Assembly: GCA_965240325.2 (NCBI GenBank)
Contig: OZ251248.1
Location: forward strand, 806,001-870,000
Direction of reading: 5' to 3'
DNA: 64,000 bases
From: Rebecca billardiae RCC1528
Taxonomy: Eukaryota; Protista; Haptophyta
Positions 13,101-25,100 of this stretch are shown piece after piece. Under the pieces are notes generated by a model, which was not told where the DNA came from, searched no databases, and saw only the letters and a program-made list of their open reading frames with translations. The translations under genes and the position numbers were made by a program. The first letter of the stretch is position 1. Every line of letters starts with the position of its first letter.

Positions 13101-16100
13101 ATGCCCGCGCGTGGCCGACTTCCCGGGGGCTGCCGCGCGTTGCGCGCCGGCCGCCCGCGCCTCCGCCCGCCCAGCGCGTGGGCGGTTTCCGCCCTCGCCG
13201 CGCTGCTGCTCGCGATGGGTGCGCCGGGAGCTGCTGGCGTGTTACCGATTTTCCCGCCGAGCCCGCCGCCGTCTCCGCCGCCGCCGGCTCCGCCACCGAG
13301 CCCTCCGCCGCCGAGCCCGCCGCCGAGCCCGCCTCCGTCGCCTCCACCGAGCCCACCGCCGAGCCCGCCGCCCAGCCCGCCGCCGAGCCCGCCGCCGGCG
13401 CCCCCTCCGAGCCCGCCGCCTTACCCGCCACCCTCGCCTCCGCCTTACTCGCCGCCCTCGCCTCCACCTCGCCCGCCGCCGAGCCCACCGCCGAGCCCGC
13501 CGCCAGGCCCGCCGCCGAGCCCGCCGCCGCCACTGCCGCCGCCGAGCCCTCCTCCCAGCCCGCCACCGGGCCCGCCGCCGCCATCGCCGCCGCCGAGTCC
13601 GCCGCCTTCCCCACCGCCCAGCCCGCCACCCGGCCCGCCCCCGAGCCCGCCGCCTCCATCGCCGCCGCCCAGCCCGCCGCCGCCAACGCCGCCACCGAGC
13701 CCACCGCCAACACCGCCGCCGTCGCCGCCCCCAACGCCGCCACCGAGCCCACCGCCAACACCGCCGCCGTCGCCGCCCCCACCGCGCCCGCCGCCCACTC
13801 CGCCGCCGAGCCCGCCGCCGCGCCCGCCGCCCATCCCGCCACCGTCGCCGCCGCCGCCGTCGCCGCCGCCGAGCCCTCCGCCGCCGAGCCCGCCGCCAAG
13901 CCCGCCGCCGAGCCCGCCACCGTCGCCGCCGCCGCCGAGCCCGCCGCCCAGCCCGCCGCCCAGCCCGCCGCCCAGCCCGCCGCCCAGCCCGCCGCCGTCG
14001 CCGCCGCCGCCGTCACCGCCGCCGAGCCCTCCGCCGCCGAGCCCGCCGCCGAGCCCACCGCCGAGCCCGCCGCCGTCGCCGCCGCCGCCGAGCCCGCCGC
14101 CCTCACCGCCGCCGGCGCCGCCGCCGAGCCCACCGCCCGTGCCACCCTCGCCGCCGCCGAGCCCGCCGCCGCCGAGCCCGCCGCCGTCGCCGCCGCCGAG
14201 CCCGCCTCCGTCGCCGCCGCCGAGCCCGCCGCCGTCGCCGCCGTCGTCGCCGCCGCCCAGCCCGCCGCCCGCGCCCACCATCCGCGCGAACGACGCGTAC
14301 AAGGCCTGCCTCGCCGCGCCCGCCAACTGCACGGCGATCCAGTTCGGAGACGCCGGCCTCACCCGTACGATCCCCACGGAGCTCGGCACGCTCACAAACC
14401 TCGCGCTGCTCGAGCTGTTCGGGAACGACCTCACCGGCACGCTGCCGACGGAGCTGGGCGCGCTGGGCACCTCGCTCAGCGAGGTCAGGCTGTACGCCAA
14501 CTCGCTCTCCGGCACGATCCCCACGGAGCTCGGCGCGCTCTCGCGCACCCTGGTGCATCTGTCTATCTCTGAGAACTCGTGGACGGGCTCGGTGCCGTCG
14601 GAGGTCGGCCTTCTGAGCTCGCTCACCGCCCTCGGCTGCCGCAAGTGCAAGTCGCTCGGCCAGAGCGCCACGCTGCCCTCCGAGCTCGGCGCCCTCACCG
14701 CGCTCGAGATCCTGCTGCTGCAGGGCGCGAGCGTCCGTGGGACGATTCCGCAGGCGCTGGGCGGGCTCACGGCGCTCCAGACGCTCGAGCTGCGCTGGTC
14801 GGAAATGTCCGGGACGTTTCCGAGCGAGCTGGGCGGGATGACCGCGCTCACGCTGCTGCAGATGCGAGACCTCTCGCTCACGGGCACGCTGCCCAGCCAG
14901 ATCGGCGCGCTCACGGCGCTCACCGGGCTCGAGCTGGACAAGAACCGTCTGACTGGCGCGCTCCCGCCGACGCTGAGCCAGCTCACTCGCCTGGAGTACG
15001 CCGACTTGGACGATGGCAATAGCCTGGGCGGCGGCCTTCCGGCGGACATTGGCGCGCTCACCGCGCTCACCGCGCTGTGGCTGCACGCGAACTCGCTCAC
15101 CGCCGCGCTGCCCGCGTCGCTCGGCGGCTGCACGGCGCTCGTCGAGCTCGAGCTGCACGCCAACTCCATTGGCGGCACGCTCCCGCCCGAGATTGGCGGT
15201 CTGAGCGCGCTGAGCAGCCTGCGGCTCGACGACAACTCGCTCCGCGGGCCGCTGCCCGCGAGCCTGGGCTCGCTGACGGCGCTGACCGAGCTGCAGCTGA
15301 GTCCGAACAGCGCGCTGAGCAGCAGCCTGCCCACCGAGCTGGGCGCGCTCACGCGGCTGGAGCGGCTTGAGGCGTATCTCACCGCGCTCAACGGCACACT
15401 GCCGACCGAGCTCGGCCGCTGCACCGCGCTCAGCTACGTGTACGTTCGCGGAAACTCCCTCTCGGGGCCGGTGCCGTCCGAGCTGGGCGCGCTCACACGC
15501 GCCAAGGTGCTGTGGCTGGGGACGCACACGCCCGGGCTGAGCGGCCAGCTGCCCTCGCAGCTCGGGGCGCTCACCGCACTGACTGAGCTCGAGATCCACC
15601 AGAACGCGCTCGCCGGCACGATCCCGGCCGCGCTCGCGGCGCTGACGAAGCTGAAACGGCTGTACCTCTACGAGAATGTTCTCAGCGGCTCCGTCCCCGC
15701 GGCGGCGCTGGGCGCGTGGAGCAAGCTGACCTCGCTCGAGCTGAACGACAACCGGCTGAGCGGCACGCTCCCGACGGCGGTGGGCGCGCTGACAGACTTG
15801 CTGCGCTGGCACCTAACGGCCAACTCGGTCGGCGGCTCGCTGCCGACAGAGCTTGGCCTCGCCACCGACCTGACCGCCCTGCTCTTCGGCTCGAACCGGT
15901 TCGCATCCGCCGTCCCCGCCGAGCTGCTCGCGGGCGTCACCGGCCTCCGCGCGCTCGACCTCGCGCACAACCGGCTGACGGGCGCGCTCCCGACGAGCTT
16001 GGGCAGCGTCGACTACGTGGTGTCGCTCGACGTGTCTCACAACTCCCTGAGTGGCTTCCTGCCGACCGCTTGGCCGTGGGCGGACATGGACTCGCTGGTG

Positions 16101-19100
16101 AGCGCGTCGTTCGCGAATAACACGCGGCTGGAGGGCACGCTGCCGGCAGAGCTGGGCTCGGCGGCGGCGCTCACGAGCTTCGACCTGTCGGCGACGGAGG
16201 TGTGCGGGCCTGGAGCCGAGAGCGTGGCCGCTGTGACGCCGAGTCCGCTGCCGTCGTGCTCGCCGCCGTCCGCGCCGCCGCCCAGCCCGCCGCCCAACCC
16301 GCCCTCGCCGCCGCCGAGCCCGCCGCCGCCCACGCCGCCGCCGAGCCCGCCGCCGAGCCCACCGCCCTCGCCGCCACCCAGCCCGCCGCCGAGCCCGCCC
16401 AGCCCGCCGCCCAGCCCGCCGCCCAGCCCGCCGCCGGGCCCACCGCCCAGCCCTCCGCCGCCGACGCCGCCACCGAGCCCGCCGCCGAGCCCGCCGCCCA
16501 GCCCGCCGCCGAGCCCGCCGCCCAGCCCGCCGCCCAGCCCGCCGCCGTCACCGCCGCCCAGCCCGCCGCCCAGCCCGCCGCCGCCGTTGCCACCGCCGAG
16601 CCCGCCGCCGAGCCCGCCGCCGTCGCCGCCCCCGAGCCCGCCGCCGCCCACACCGCCGCCCAGCCCGCCACCCAGCCCACCGCCCGCCCCGCCGCCGAGC
16701 CCGCCGCCGAGCCCGCCGCCGAGCCCGCCGCCACGCTCGCCGCCGAGCCCGCCGCCCAGCCCGCCGCCCAGCCCGCCGCCGGGTCCGCCGCCCTCGCCGC
16801 CGCCCAGCCCGCCGCCCTCGCCGCCACCGCCCTCGCCGCCGCCCTCACCGCCGCCGAGCCCGCCGCCGAGCCCGCCGCCGAGCCCGCCGCCGAGCCCGCC
16901 GCCGAGCCCGCCGCCGCGCCCGCCACCCAGCCCGCCGCCCAGCCCGCCGCCGAGCCCGCCGCCGTCACCGCCGCCGAGCCCGCCGCCGAGCCCGCCGCCG
17001 CCGAGCCCGCCGCCAAGCCCACCGCCGTCGCCGCCACCGTTGCCCTCGCCGCCGAGCCCGCCGCCCAGCCCGCCGCCATCGCCGCCACCGTCACCGCCGC
17101 CGAGCCCGCCGCCGCCGAGCCCGCCGCCGAGCCCGCCGCCCAGCCCGCCGCCCAGCCCGCCGCCGAGCCCGCCGCCGTCACCGCCGCCCAGCCCACCGCC
17201 CAGCCCGCCGCCACCGAGCCCGCCGCCGAGCCCACCGCCGAGCCCACCGCCGTCGCCGCCGCCCAGCCCGCCGCCGCCCAGCCCGCCGCCCAGCCCGCCG
17301 CCCAGCCCACCGCCATCGCCGCCGCCGAGCCCGCCGCCGAGCCCGCCGCCGAGCCCACCGCCATCGCCGCCCCCGAGCCCGCCGCCAGGCCCACCGCCGT
17401 CCCCGCCGCCGAGCCCGCCGCCGAGCCCGCCACCAAGCCCACCGCCGTCGCCGCCGCCGCTGCCCTCGCCGCCCAGCCCGCCGCCCAGCCCGCCGCCCTC
17501 GCCGCCGCCGTCACCGCCGCCGAGCCCGCCGCCGCCGAGCCCGCCGCCTTCACCGCCGCCGAGCCCGCCGCCATCGCCGCCCCCAAGCCCGCCACCGAGT
17601 CCGCCGCCCTCTCCACCGCCGCCGAGCCCGCCGCCGAGCCCGCCGCCGAGCCCGCCACCAAGCCCGCCGCCGTCACCGCCGCCAGCACCGCCGCCGAGAC
17701 CGCCGCCGAGTCCGCCACCATCCCCGCCGCCCACGCCGCCGCCCTCACCGCCACCGAGCCCGCCTCCGCCGAGCCCGCCGCCGAGCCCACCGCCCAGCCC
17801 GCCGCCGAGTCCGCCGCCGAGCCCACCTCCGCCGAGCCCGCCGCCGAGCCCGCCGCCCAGCCCGCCGCCCAGCCCGCCGCCGAGCCCGCCGCCCAGCCCG
17901 CCACCGCCGAGCCCGCCGCCGTCGCCGCCGCCTGGCCCGCCCCCAAGCCCGCCGCCGAGCCCGCCACCACCTAGCCCGCCGCCATCGCCACCGCCGAGCC
18001 CACCGCCATCGCCGCCGCCGAGCCCGCCGCCGAGCCCGCCGCCGAGCCCACCGCCGAGCCCGCCGCCGTCGCCGCCACCACCGAGCCCGCCGCCCAGCCC
18101 GCCACCGTCGCCGCCTCCCAGCCCGCCGCCGAGCCCACCGCCGAGCCCGCCGCCGTCCCCGCCTCCCAGCCCGCCGCCGAGTCCACCCCCGAGTCCGCCG
18201 CCGTCGCCGCCGCCGAGCCCGCCGCCGCCGTCGCCCCCGCCGAGCCCGCCGCCGAGACCGCCGCCGAGACCGCCGCCGAGCCCGCCACCGCCGTCTCCGC
18301 CGCCGAGCCCACCACCGTCTCCGCCACCCAGCCCTCCGCCGAGCCCACCGCCACCATCGCCACCGCCGAGCCCGCCACCCAGCCCGCCGCCGAGCCCACC
18401 CCCGTCACCACCGCCGACCCCGCCCCCTAGTCCGCCGCCGTCACCTCCGCCAAGCCCACCGCCGCCGTCGCCGCCGCCGAGCCCGCCGCCGAGCCCGCCG
18501 CCGAGCCCACCGCCGAGCCCGCCACCGCCGTCTCCGCCGCCGAGCCCACCGCCGAGCCCGCCGCCGAGCCCGCCGCCGAGCCCGCCGCCGAGCCCGCCGC
18601 CTAGCCCACCGCCGAGCCCGCCGCCGAGCCCACCGCCGAGCCCGCCGCCGAGCCCGCCGCCGAGCCCGCCGCCGAGCCCGCCGCCGAGCCCACCGCCGCC
18701 GAGCCCGCCACCGAGCCCGCCGCCATCCCCGCCGCCATCGCCGCCGCCCAGCCCACCGCCGCCGAGCCCACCACCTTCGCCGCCACCGAGCCCGCCGCCG
18801 AGCCCGCCGCCGTCCCCACCGCCGTCCCCGCCGCCCAGCCCGCCGCCAAGCCCGCCGCCGAGTCCGCCGCCTCCGTCGCCGCCGCCGAGCCCGCCGCCGA
18901 ACCCGCCGCCGAGCCCGCCACCGAGCCCGCCGCCGCCGAGCCCACCACCTTCGCCACCGCCGAGCCCGCCGCCGAGCCCGCCGCCTTCCCCACCGCCGTC
19001 CCCTCCACCGAGCCCGCCCCCGAGCCCGCCGCCGAGCCCGCCGCCGCCGAGCCCGCCGCCCAGCCCGCCGCCCTCGCCACCACCATCGCCGCCCCCGAGC

Positions 19101-22100
19101 CCGCCGCCACCCACGTCGCCGCCGAGCCCGCCGCCGTCGCCGCCGCCCAGTCCGCCGCCGTCACCGCCGCCGCCCAGCCCGCCGCCCAGCCCGCCGCCCC
19201 GCCCACCGCCCAGCCCGCCGCCGAGCCCGCCACCTAGCCCGCCGCCGAGCCCGCCACCGTCGCCGCCGCCAAGCCCGCCGCCGCCGAGCCCACCTCCAAG
19301 CCCACCGCCGTCGCCGCCGCCGAGCCCGCCGCCGTCTCCACCGCCTCCGAGCCCGCCTCCGAGCCCGCCGCCGAGCCCGCCGCCGTCACCGCCCCCGAGC
19401 CCGCCACCGCCAAGCCCGCCGCCGAGCCCGCCGCCGTCGCCGCCGCCCAGCCCGCCGCCGTCGCCACCGCCGCCGAGCCCGCCGCCATCGCCGCCGCCGA
19501 GCCCGCCGCCAAGCCCGCCGCCGTCGCCACCGCCGCCGTCGCCACCACCTTCGCCGCCGCCGAGCCCGCCGCCAAGTCCACCTCCGAGCCCGCCGCCCTC
19601 CCCGCCTCCGTCGCCGCCTCCCTCGCCCCCGCCATCGCCCCCGCCGAGCCCTCCGCCGAGCCCGCCTCCAAGTCCTCCGCCCCCATCGCCGCCGCCGAGC
19701 CCGCCGCCGAGCCCGCCGCCGAGCCCGCCGCCAAGCCCACCGCCGCCGTCGCCACCGCCGAGCCCGCCGCCCTCCCCGCCGCCCTCCCCTCCACCCAGCC
19801 CGCCTCCGCCCTCCCCGCCGCCGAGCCCACCGCCGAGCCCACCACCCAGCCCACCGCCGAGCCCGCCGCCGAGTCCGCCACCGTCGCCCCCGCCGAGCCC
19901 GCCGCCGAGCCCGCCGCCGAGCGCGCCGCCGTCACCCCCACCGAGCCCGCCGCCAAGCCCACCGCCGAGCCCGCCACCACCATCGCCGCCGCCGAGCCCG
20001 CCGCCGTCGCCGCCGCCGAGCCCGCCGCCGAGCCCGCCGCCACCGAGCCCGCCGCCGAGCCCGCCACCGAGCCCGCCGCCGAGCCCTCCGCCGAGCCCGC
20101 CGCCAAGCCCGCCGCCGCCGGCGCCGCCACCGAGCCCGCCGCCATCCCCGCCACCCTCGCCACCACCGAGCCCGCCTCCGCCCTCCCCGCCGCCGTCGCC
20201 ACCGCCGAGCCCGCCGCCGAGCCCGCCGCCAAGCCCGCCGCCGAGCCCGCCGCCGGCGCCTCCACCGAGCCCGCCGCCGAGCCCACCGCCGAGCCCGCCG
20301 CCGGCGCCTCCACCGAGCCCGCCGCCGAGCCCGCCGCCGGCGCCGCCACCGAGCCCACCGCCGAGCCCGCCGCCAAGCCCGCCGCCGAGCCCGCCACCAC
20401 CATCGCCGCCACCGAGTCCGCCGCCGTCGCCGCCGCCGAGCCCGCCGCCCAGCCCGCCGCCGCCGAGCCCGCCGCCGAGCCCGCCGCCGAGCCCACCGCC
20501 AAGCCCGCCGCCGAGCCCACCGCCCAGCCCGCCGCCACCCGCGCCGCCGCCCAGCCCGCCACCGAGCCCGCCACCGAGCCCACCGCCTTCGCCACCGCCG
20601 CCGAGCCCCCCACCCTCGCCACCACCAAGCCCCCCGCCGAGCCCCCCGCCGAGCCCCCCGCCACCGTCGCCGCCGCCCTCACCGCCGCCGTCGCCGCCAC
20701 CGAGCCCACCACCCAGTCCACCGCCCCCGAGCCCACCGCCGTCTCCGCCGCCCTCCCCGCCACCGAGCCCGCCGCCTTCACCGCCGCCGAGCCCGCCGCC
20801 ATCGCCGCCGCCGAGCCCGCCCCCTTCCCCGCCGCCGAGCCCGCCGCCATCGCCGCCGCCGAGCCCGCCGCCGAGCCCGCCGCCACCGAGCCCGCCACCG
20901 TCGCCGCCGCCGTCGCCGCCGCCGTCGCCGCCGCCGAGCCCGCCGCCCCCGAGCTCGCCACCGTCGCCACCACCTTCGCCGCCGCCGAGCCCGCCGCCGA
21001 GCCCGCCGCCGCCGAGCCCGCCGCCGAGCCCGCCTCCGAGCCCGCCACCAAGCCCACCGCCGTCGCCGCCACCGCGTCCGCCGCCGAGCCCGCCACCAAG
21101 CCCTCCCCCGTCGCCGCCGCCGTCGCCACCGCCGTCGCCGCCGCCGAGCCCGCCGCCCCCGAGCCCGCCACCGTCGCCACCACCGTCGCCGCCGCCCAGC
21201 CCGCCGCCGAGCCCTCCACCGCCATTGCCGCCACCCAGCCCGCCGCCAACTCCCCCGCCCTCCCCGCCGCCTAGCCCTCCGCCCCCGAGCCCGCCGCCCA
21301 GCCCACCGCCGTCGCCGCCGCCGAGCCCGCCGCCGAGCCCGCCGCCGCCGAGCCCGCCGCCGAGCCCGCCGCCGTCACCGCCGCCGAGCCCACCGCCATC
21401 GCCACCGCCGCCGTCGCCACCGCCGTCGCCACCGCCGTCGCCGCCGCCATCGCCGCCACCGAGCCCGCCGCCGCCCGCGCCGCCGCCGGCGCCGCCGCCA
21501 TCACCGCCGCCGACCCCGCCCCCGAGCCCGCCGCCGCCTTCGCCGCCGCCCAGCCCGCCGCCGTTGCCGCCACCCAGCCCGCCGCCCAGCCCACCACCGC
21601 CGAGCCCGCCGCCCAGCCCGCCGCCCAGCCCACCGCCCAGCCCGCCGCCGAGCCCACCGCCGCCGAGCCCGCCGCCGAGCCCGCCACCGTCACCGCCACC
21701 GAGCCCGCCGCCCTCGCCGCCGCCGCCGAGCCCGCCACCCTCGCCGCCGCCGTCGCCGCCGCCGAGCCCGCCGCCGAGCCCGCCGCCGCCGAGCCCGCCG
21801 CCGAGCCCGCCACCATCGCCGCCGCCGAGCCCGCCACCGTCGCCGCCGCCGCCGAGCCCGCCACCGTCGCCACCGCCCACGCCGCCGCCGAGCCCGCCGC
21901 CCAGCCCGCCTCCGCCGTCGCCGCCCCCGTCACCGCCGCCCTCGCCACCACCATCGCCGCCCCCGAGCCCGCCGCCACCCACGTCGCCGCCGAGCCCGCC
22001 GCCGTCGCCGCCGCCCAGTCCGCCGCCGTCGCCGCCGCCGCCGAGCCCGCCGCCATCGCCACCGCCCAGCCCGCCGCCATCCCCACCGCCGAGCCCGCCC

Positions 22101-25100
22101 CCGCCGTCGCCGCCGCCGTCGCCGCCGCCATCGCCACCGCCGAGCCCACCGCCGAGCCCACCGCCGCCGTCGCCTCCGCCGAGCCCGCCGCCCGGCCCGC
22201 CGCCGAGCCCGCCGCCCTCGCCTCCGCCCTCGCCGCCGCCGAGCCCACCGCCGAGACCGCCGCCGTCGCCGCCACCTTCGCCGCCGCCGAGCCCGCCTCC
22301 AATCCCACCGCCGAGCCCGCCGCCACCGTCGCCGCCGCCCAGCCCACCGCCCAGCCCGCCGCCCTCGCCGCCGCCGAGCCCGCCCCCACCCTCGCCACCG
22401 CCGAGCCCGCCGCCGAGCCCGCCGCCGAGCCCGCCGCCCTCGCCGCCGCCCGTCCCGCCGCCGAGCCCACCGCCATCGCCGCCGCCACCGTCGCCGCCGC
22501 CGAGCCCGCCGCCGAGCCCGCCGCCGTCGCCGCCGCCCAGCCCGCCGCCCCCGCTGCGGCCGCCGAGCCCGCCGCCGAGTCCGCCGCCCTCGCCGCCGCC
22601 GAGCCCGCCGCCACCGAGCCCTCCGCCGCGCACGCCGCCCGCGCCACCGCCGAGCCCGCCGCCGAGCCCTCCGCCGCCGAGCCCGCCGCCGTCACCACCG
22701 CCGAGCCCGCCGCCCTTCCCGCCACCGAGCCCGCCGCCTCCGAGCCCGCCGCCGAGCCCGCCGCCGAGCCCACCGCCGCTGCCGCCGCCGAGCCCGCCGC
22801 CGCCCTCGCCGCCGCCCTCGCCGCCACCCTCGCCGCCGCCCTCGCCGCCGCCGCTACCGCCGCCCAGCCCGCCGCCGCCCTCGCCACCGCCCTCGCCGCC
22901 GCCGAGCCCACCGCCGAGCCCACCGCCGAGCCCGTTGCCGCCACGGCTGCCGCCCAGCCCGCCGCCCACGCCGCCGCCGAGCCCGCCGCCGCCCAGCCCG
23001 CCGCCCCGCCCGCCGCCCAGCCCGCCGCCGCTGCCACCGCCCTCGCCGCCGCCGCCGCGCCCGCCGCCCTCTCCGCCGCCGCCGCTGCAGCCGCCATCGC
23101 CGCCGCCGTCGCCGCCGCCGCCGCCGCCGTTGCCGCCGCCGAGCCCGCCCCTCGCGCCGTCGCCGCCGCCGAGCCCGCCGCCGTCGCCGCCGCCGAGTAG
23201 GCCTCCGCCGCCACCACCGCCATCGCCTCCTCCGAGCCCGCCGCCGAGCCCGCCGCCGCCGAGCCCGCCGCCGAGCCCGCCGCCGCCCTCGCCGCCGCCC
23301 TCGCCGCCGCCCTCGCCGCCGCCCTCGCCGCCGCCGGGGTCAGAGAGCTACCTGGCCCTCACGGTCGACGCCTCCGTCGAGGATCTCAGCGCGCCCTCTG
23401 CTCAGCAGCAGCTCGCCGCCGCCGTCGCCGAGGAGGCGGACGTGCCAACGGGCTGGGTCCGGGTGCACTCGGTCGCGCCCGCCTCTGCGCGCGTCGTGCT
23501 CGCGTACTTCACGCCGAGCGCCGGTGGCGGCGCGGACGACGTGCTCAGCCGTCTTCAGGCGAGGAGTCTCGAGCAGCTCTCGGCGCGGCTCTCCCTGAGC
23601 GTCCTCGCGCCGCCGGTGCCGGTGGTGCAGGGCTGCACGGAGCCGAGCGCGCGCAACTACGACTCGGCGGCGGAGGTGGACGATGGTGGGTGCGTGGCGT
23701 ACTCGCCGCCGCCGGGCGCTCCACCGGCGTCGCCGCCGAGCCCGCCGCCCTCGCCGCCGCCGAGCTCGCCACCAGCGCCGCCGCCCGCACCGCCGCCGCC
23801 GCCGCCCTCGCCGCCGCCGAGCTCGCCACCAGCGCCGCCGCCCGCACCGCCGCCGCCGCCGTCCTCGCCGCCGCCGCCGCCGCGCACGGCGCCGCACGCG
23901 CCCCCATCGCCGCCGTCGCCGCCGCCGTCCGCGCCGCCGTCCGCGCCGCCGCTGCCGCCGTCGCCGCCGCCGCACGCGCCGCCGCGCGCACCGCCGTCGC
24001 CTCCGCCCAGCCCGCCGCCCAGCCCGCCGCCGCGCGCGCCGCCGTCGCCTCCGCCGAGCCCGCCGCCCAGCCCGCCGCCGCGCGCGCCGCCGTCGCCGCC
24101 ACCGTCGCCGCCGCCGAGCCCGCCGCCCGCGCCACCGCCGAGCCCACCGCCGCCCTCGCCGCCACCGTCGCCACCGCCGAGCCCGCCGCCGCCCTCGCCA
24201 CCGCCCTCGCCGCCGCCGAGCCCGCCCTCCCCGCCGCCGCCGCCGCGCACGGAGCCGTTCCCGCCGCCGAGCCCGCCGAGCCCGCCGCCCGCGCCGCCGC
24301 CCGCGCCGCCGCCGAGCCCGCCGCCTAGCCCGCCGCCTGCGGCGCCGCCCGCGCCGCCGCCCAGCCCGCCGCCCTCGCCGCCGCCCTCGCCGCCGCCCTC
24401 GCCGCCGCCCTCGCCGCCGCCCTCGCCGCCGCCGCGCCCGCCGCCGCCCACGCCGCCGCCCAGCCCGCCGCCGCCGCCGCCGCCCGCGATCCGCGTGACC
24501 ATCCTCTCCGCGCAGCCAACTGGTGCCCCGGACGGCGCGCGCGGCGTGAGCGTCGAGCTGGCCGGGGCGGGCTTCAGCGCGCTGCAGCAGGACGACGGTG
24601 ACGAGGCGGGCGGCGGCGAGTCGGCCCAGTGCGCGTTCACGCCCGCGCCAGGCGGCGTGCTGAATGCCTCGGCGCCGCCGATCCTCTCTCGCGCGCGCGT
24701 GCTGGACGACGCGCGCGTGCTCTGTGACGCGCCCGCCGCGGGCTCGCGCGGCACGTACTCCCTCGGCCTCGCCCTCGACGGCGTCGGCGTCTCGGGCGAC
24801 GCGGACGTGGGGGGGCTCTTCGCGCCGGTGCGCTTTGACGTGTACTCCATCGACGACGGCGTGGTCGTGCGCGAACTCCGGCCGCCAGGCGGGCCCGCGC
24901 TTGGCGGTACGGCGGTCACGCTTGTGGGCTCGGGCTTTGCCGACTACGGCCCCGGGCAGCTGTGCTGCGTGCTCGGCGGCGCGGGGCGGAACTGCACCGC
25001 GCCGGCGAGCCTGCTGCCGCCGGACGCGGCGGACGGCTCGAGCCGCGCTGTGTGCGTGCTGCCGATCCTTGCCGTCGCCGACGGCGGCGCGCCCGCGCCG

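Noticed and set aside
13445-24919. Long minus-strand Gly-rich (GGGL) and Ala-rich ORFs
   Set aside because: They are antisense or alternate-frame shadows of the SPPP repeats.
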